A DNA stretch of 63,662 bases, the filler included, from Squatina squatina (lineage: Eukaryota), in the NCBI GenBank assembly GCA_031763465.1. It is 4 parts of 4 records of this genome, joined end to end, with 100 filler letters (N's around TTAATTAATTAA, not from the genome) between each part and the next. Parts side by side here need not be neighbours in the genome. Positions count along the whole stretch, not along the records: positions 50,465 to 63,662 come from JARFOE010000168.1; 3 more parts are not named here. One strand, given 5' to 3'. The notes beneath the pieces are model-generated. The model ran no database searches. It was given only the letters and a program-made list of their open reading frames with translations, and was not told where the DNA came from. The stretch's first letter is position 1, and each line of letters begins with the position of its first letter. This document shows, one piece after another, positions 62,467 to 63,662 of this stretch. The translations under genes were made by a program, and so were the position numbers.

Positions 62467-63662
62467 AAAAAGTTTAAAAACAGTGAGACAATTACATCTG
62501 ACCCAGATTCTACTAGATTTTGAATGCAGTTGCAGTTCTTTGGCAGTACAGAACCTTATAATAATTCAAATGCTCACTGTCAGTTTGGTTCCAAAACCTG
62601 GCTCAGCAGCCAAAACAGAAATAACACTACAACTACTGTGGTCATTTCACAGCAGAGAGGATTTTTTAANNNNNNNNNNNNNNNNNNNNNNNNNNNNNNN
62701 NNNNNNNNNNNNNNNNNNNNNNNNNNNNNNNNNNNNNNNNNNNNNNNNNNNNNNNNNNNNNNNNNNNNNTAGTACAATACAATACTTCCAGAAGCTCTGT
62801 GAACATTCGATTACCTTTTGAGGTAAAGCATTAATAATCATTTTTGCTGTTGTTAATATTTACTTATCCTCCGACTGAGAGAGAGAAAGTAAACATTTTG
62901 AATTTTTTTTTGCCCCTGTTCCATTCCACTGACAGTCAGTCACTGAGGCAGAGCTCTAATTAATTGCCAGGCTTTAACGCATGGGTGAGGCAGGCTGCCC
63001 TCAGTTTCTGGGTTCGGAGGTGAAAGCCTTTGATTTTTAGCAAATTAACTTGAGGCAGATTTTAAACAGTCACATGTTAAATCATATGGCCTCATATTAA
63101 TCCGTGTACAAATCCTTTACAAACCGCTGTAAGTCTCTGACAGATCAGTTACAACACATGACAATTTGAAAAACAAATGTTCCACAATTTGACAAGAAGA
63201 GCCAAGTAAAAGGTAGGTGGATGGAGTCCTGAAACCTTTAGGATTTCAGTCAGCTCCCAGGGCTGGGGGAAGGGCACCAAGGTGCAANNNNNNNNNNCCT
63301 TCTGTTATGTATGTAAATGTAAATGTGAAGAGCTGTACTTCACAGTCGCTTGATCTGTGCGGATGAGATACGATAGAATCCTGCAGGGCCACATATGCTT
63401 ATGATAATGGACTGCCATAGTACATCACTCCCCTCACTATTGTGCTTCCTACTCTGTAACGGGTTCCCACAGCACAGTTCAGCTGCAGCAAGCTTGCTCT
63501 TTTCCTTCAGCCATTTTCTCCCCTCCTTCTCCTCACGAGGGTATGTTTACATGGGGCATGGGTCACTATCTCTCCCAAATGAACATTAATCATGCTCAAT
63601 TCTTGACACTGAATGTTCCATCACAGTGGGTATCACATCTGAGTCCAATCCTGCCCTCAACT

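Noticed and set aside
1-63662. Prokaryotic-type novel system (CRISPR array, operon, defence island)
   Set aside because: There is no repeat-spacer periodicity and no dense ORF packing. All recognisable content is spliced vertebrate genes and vertebrate transposons.

Overview
This is eukaryotic genomic DNA, most likely from a cartilaginous fish (shark), judged from its CR1/L2 LINE tails, tRNA-derived SINEs and Harbinger remnants. The assembly is heavily fragmented, with many 100-N gaps. Three N44-TTAATTAATTAA-N44 linkers (14911, 33449, 50409) divide the window into four unrelated scaffolds. (1) 1-14866: five exons of STXBP5L/tomosyn-2 (- strand), including a U12-type minor intron, plus Harbinger debris. 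(2) 14967-33404: spectrin-actin-binding-region exons of EPB41L2 (+) converging on the C-terminal half of TMEM200A (-). (3) 33505-50364: six fragments of the giant ZNF469 coding exon (+), interrupted by repeat-derived sequence that includes a Penelope-type minimal hammerhead ribozyme inside an ~800-bp direct-repeat unit. (4) 50465-63662: the 3' end of exon 1 of a fringe glycosyltransferase (-) and repeats. I found no prokaryotic systems, CRISPR arrays, rRNA or bona fide tRNA genes. Gene calls rest on hand translation and recalled vertebrate protein sequences; no database search was run. Repeat boundaries are approximate.
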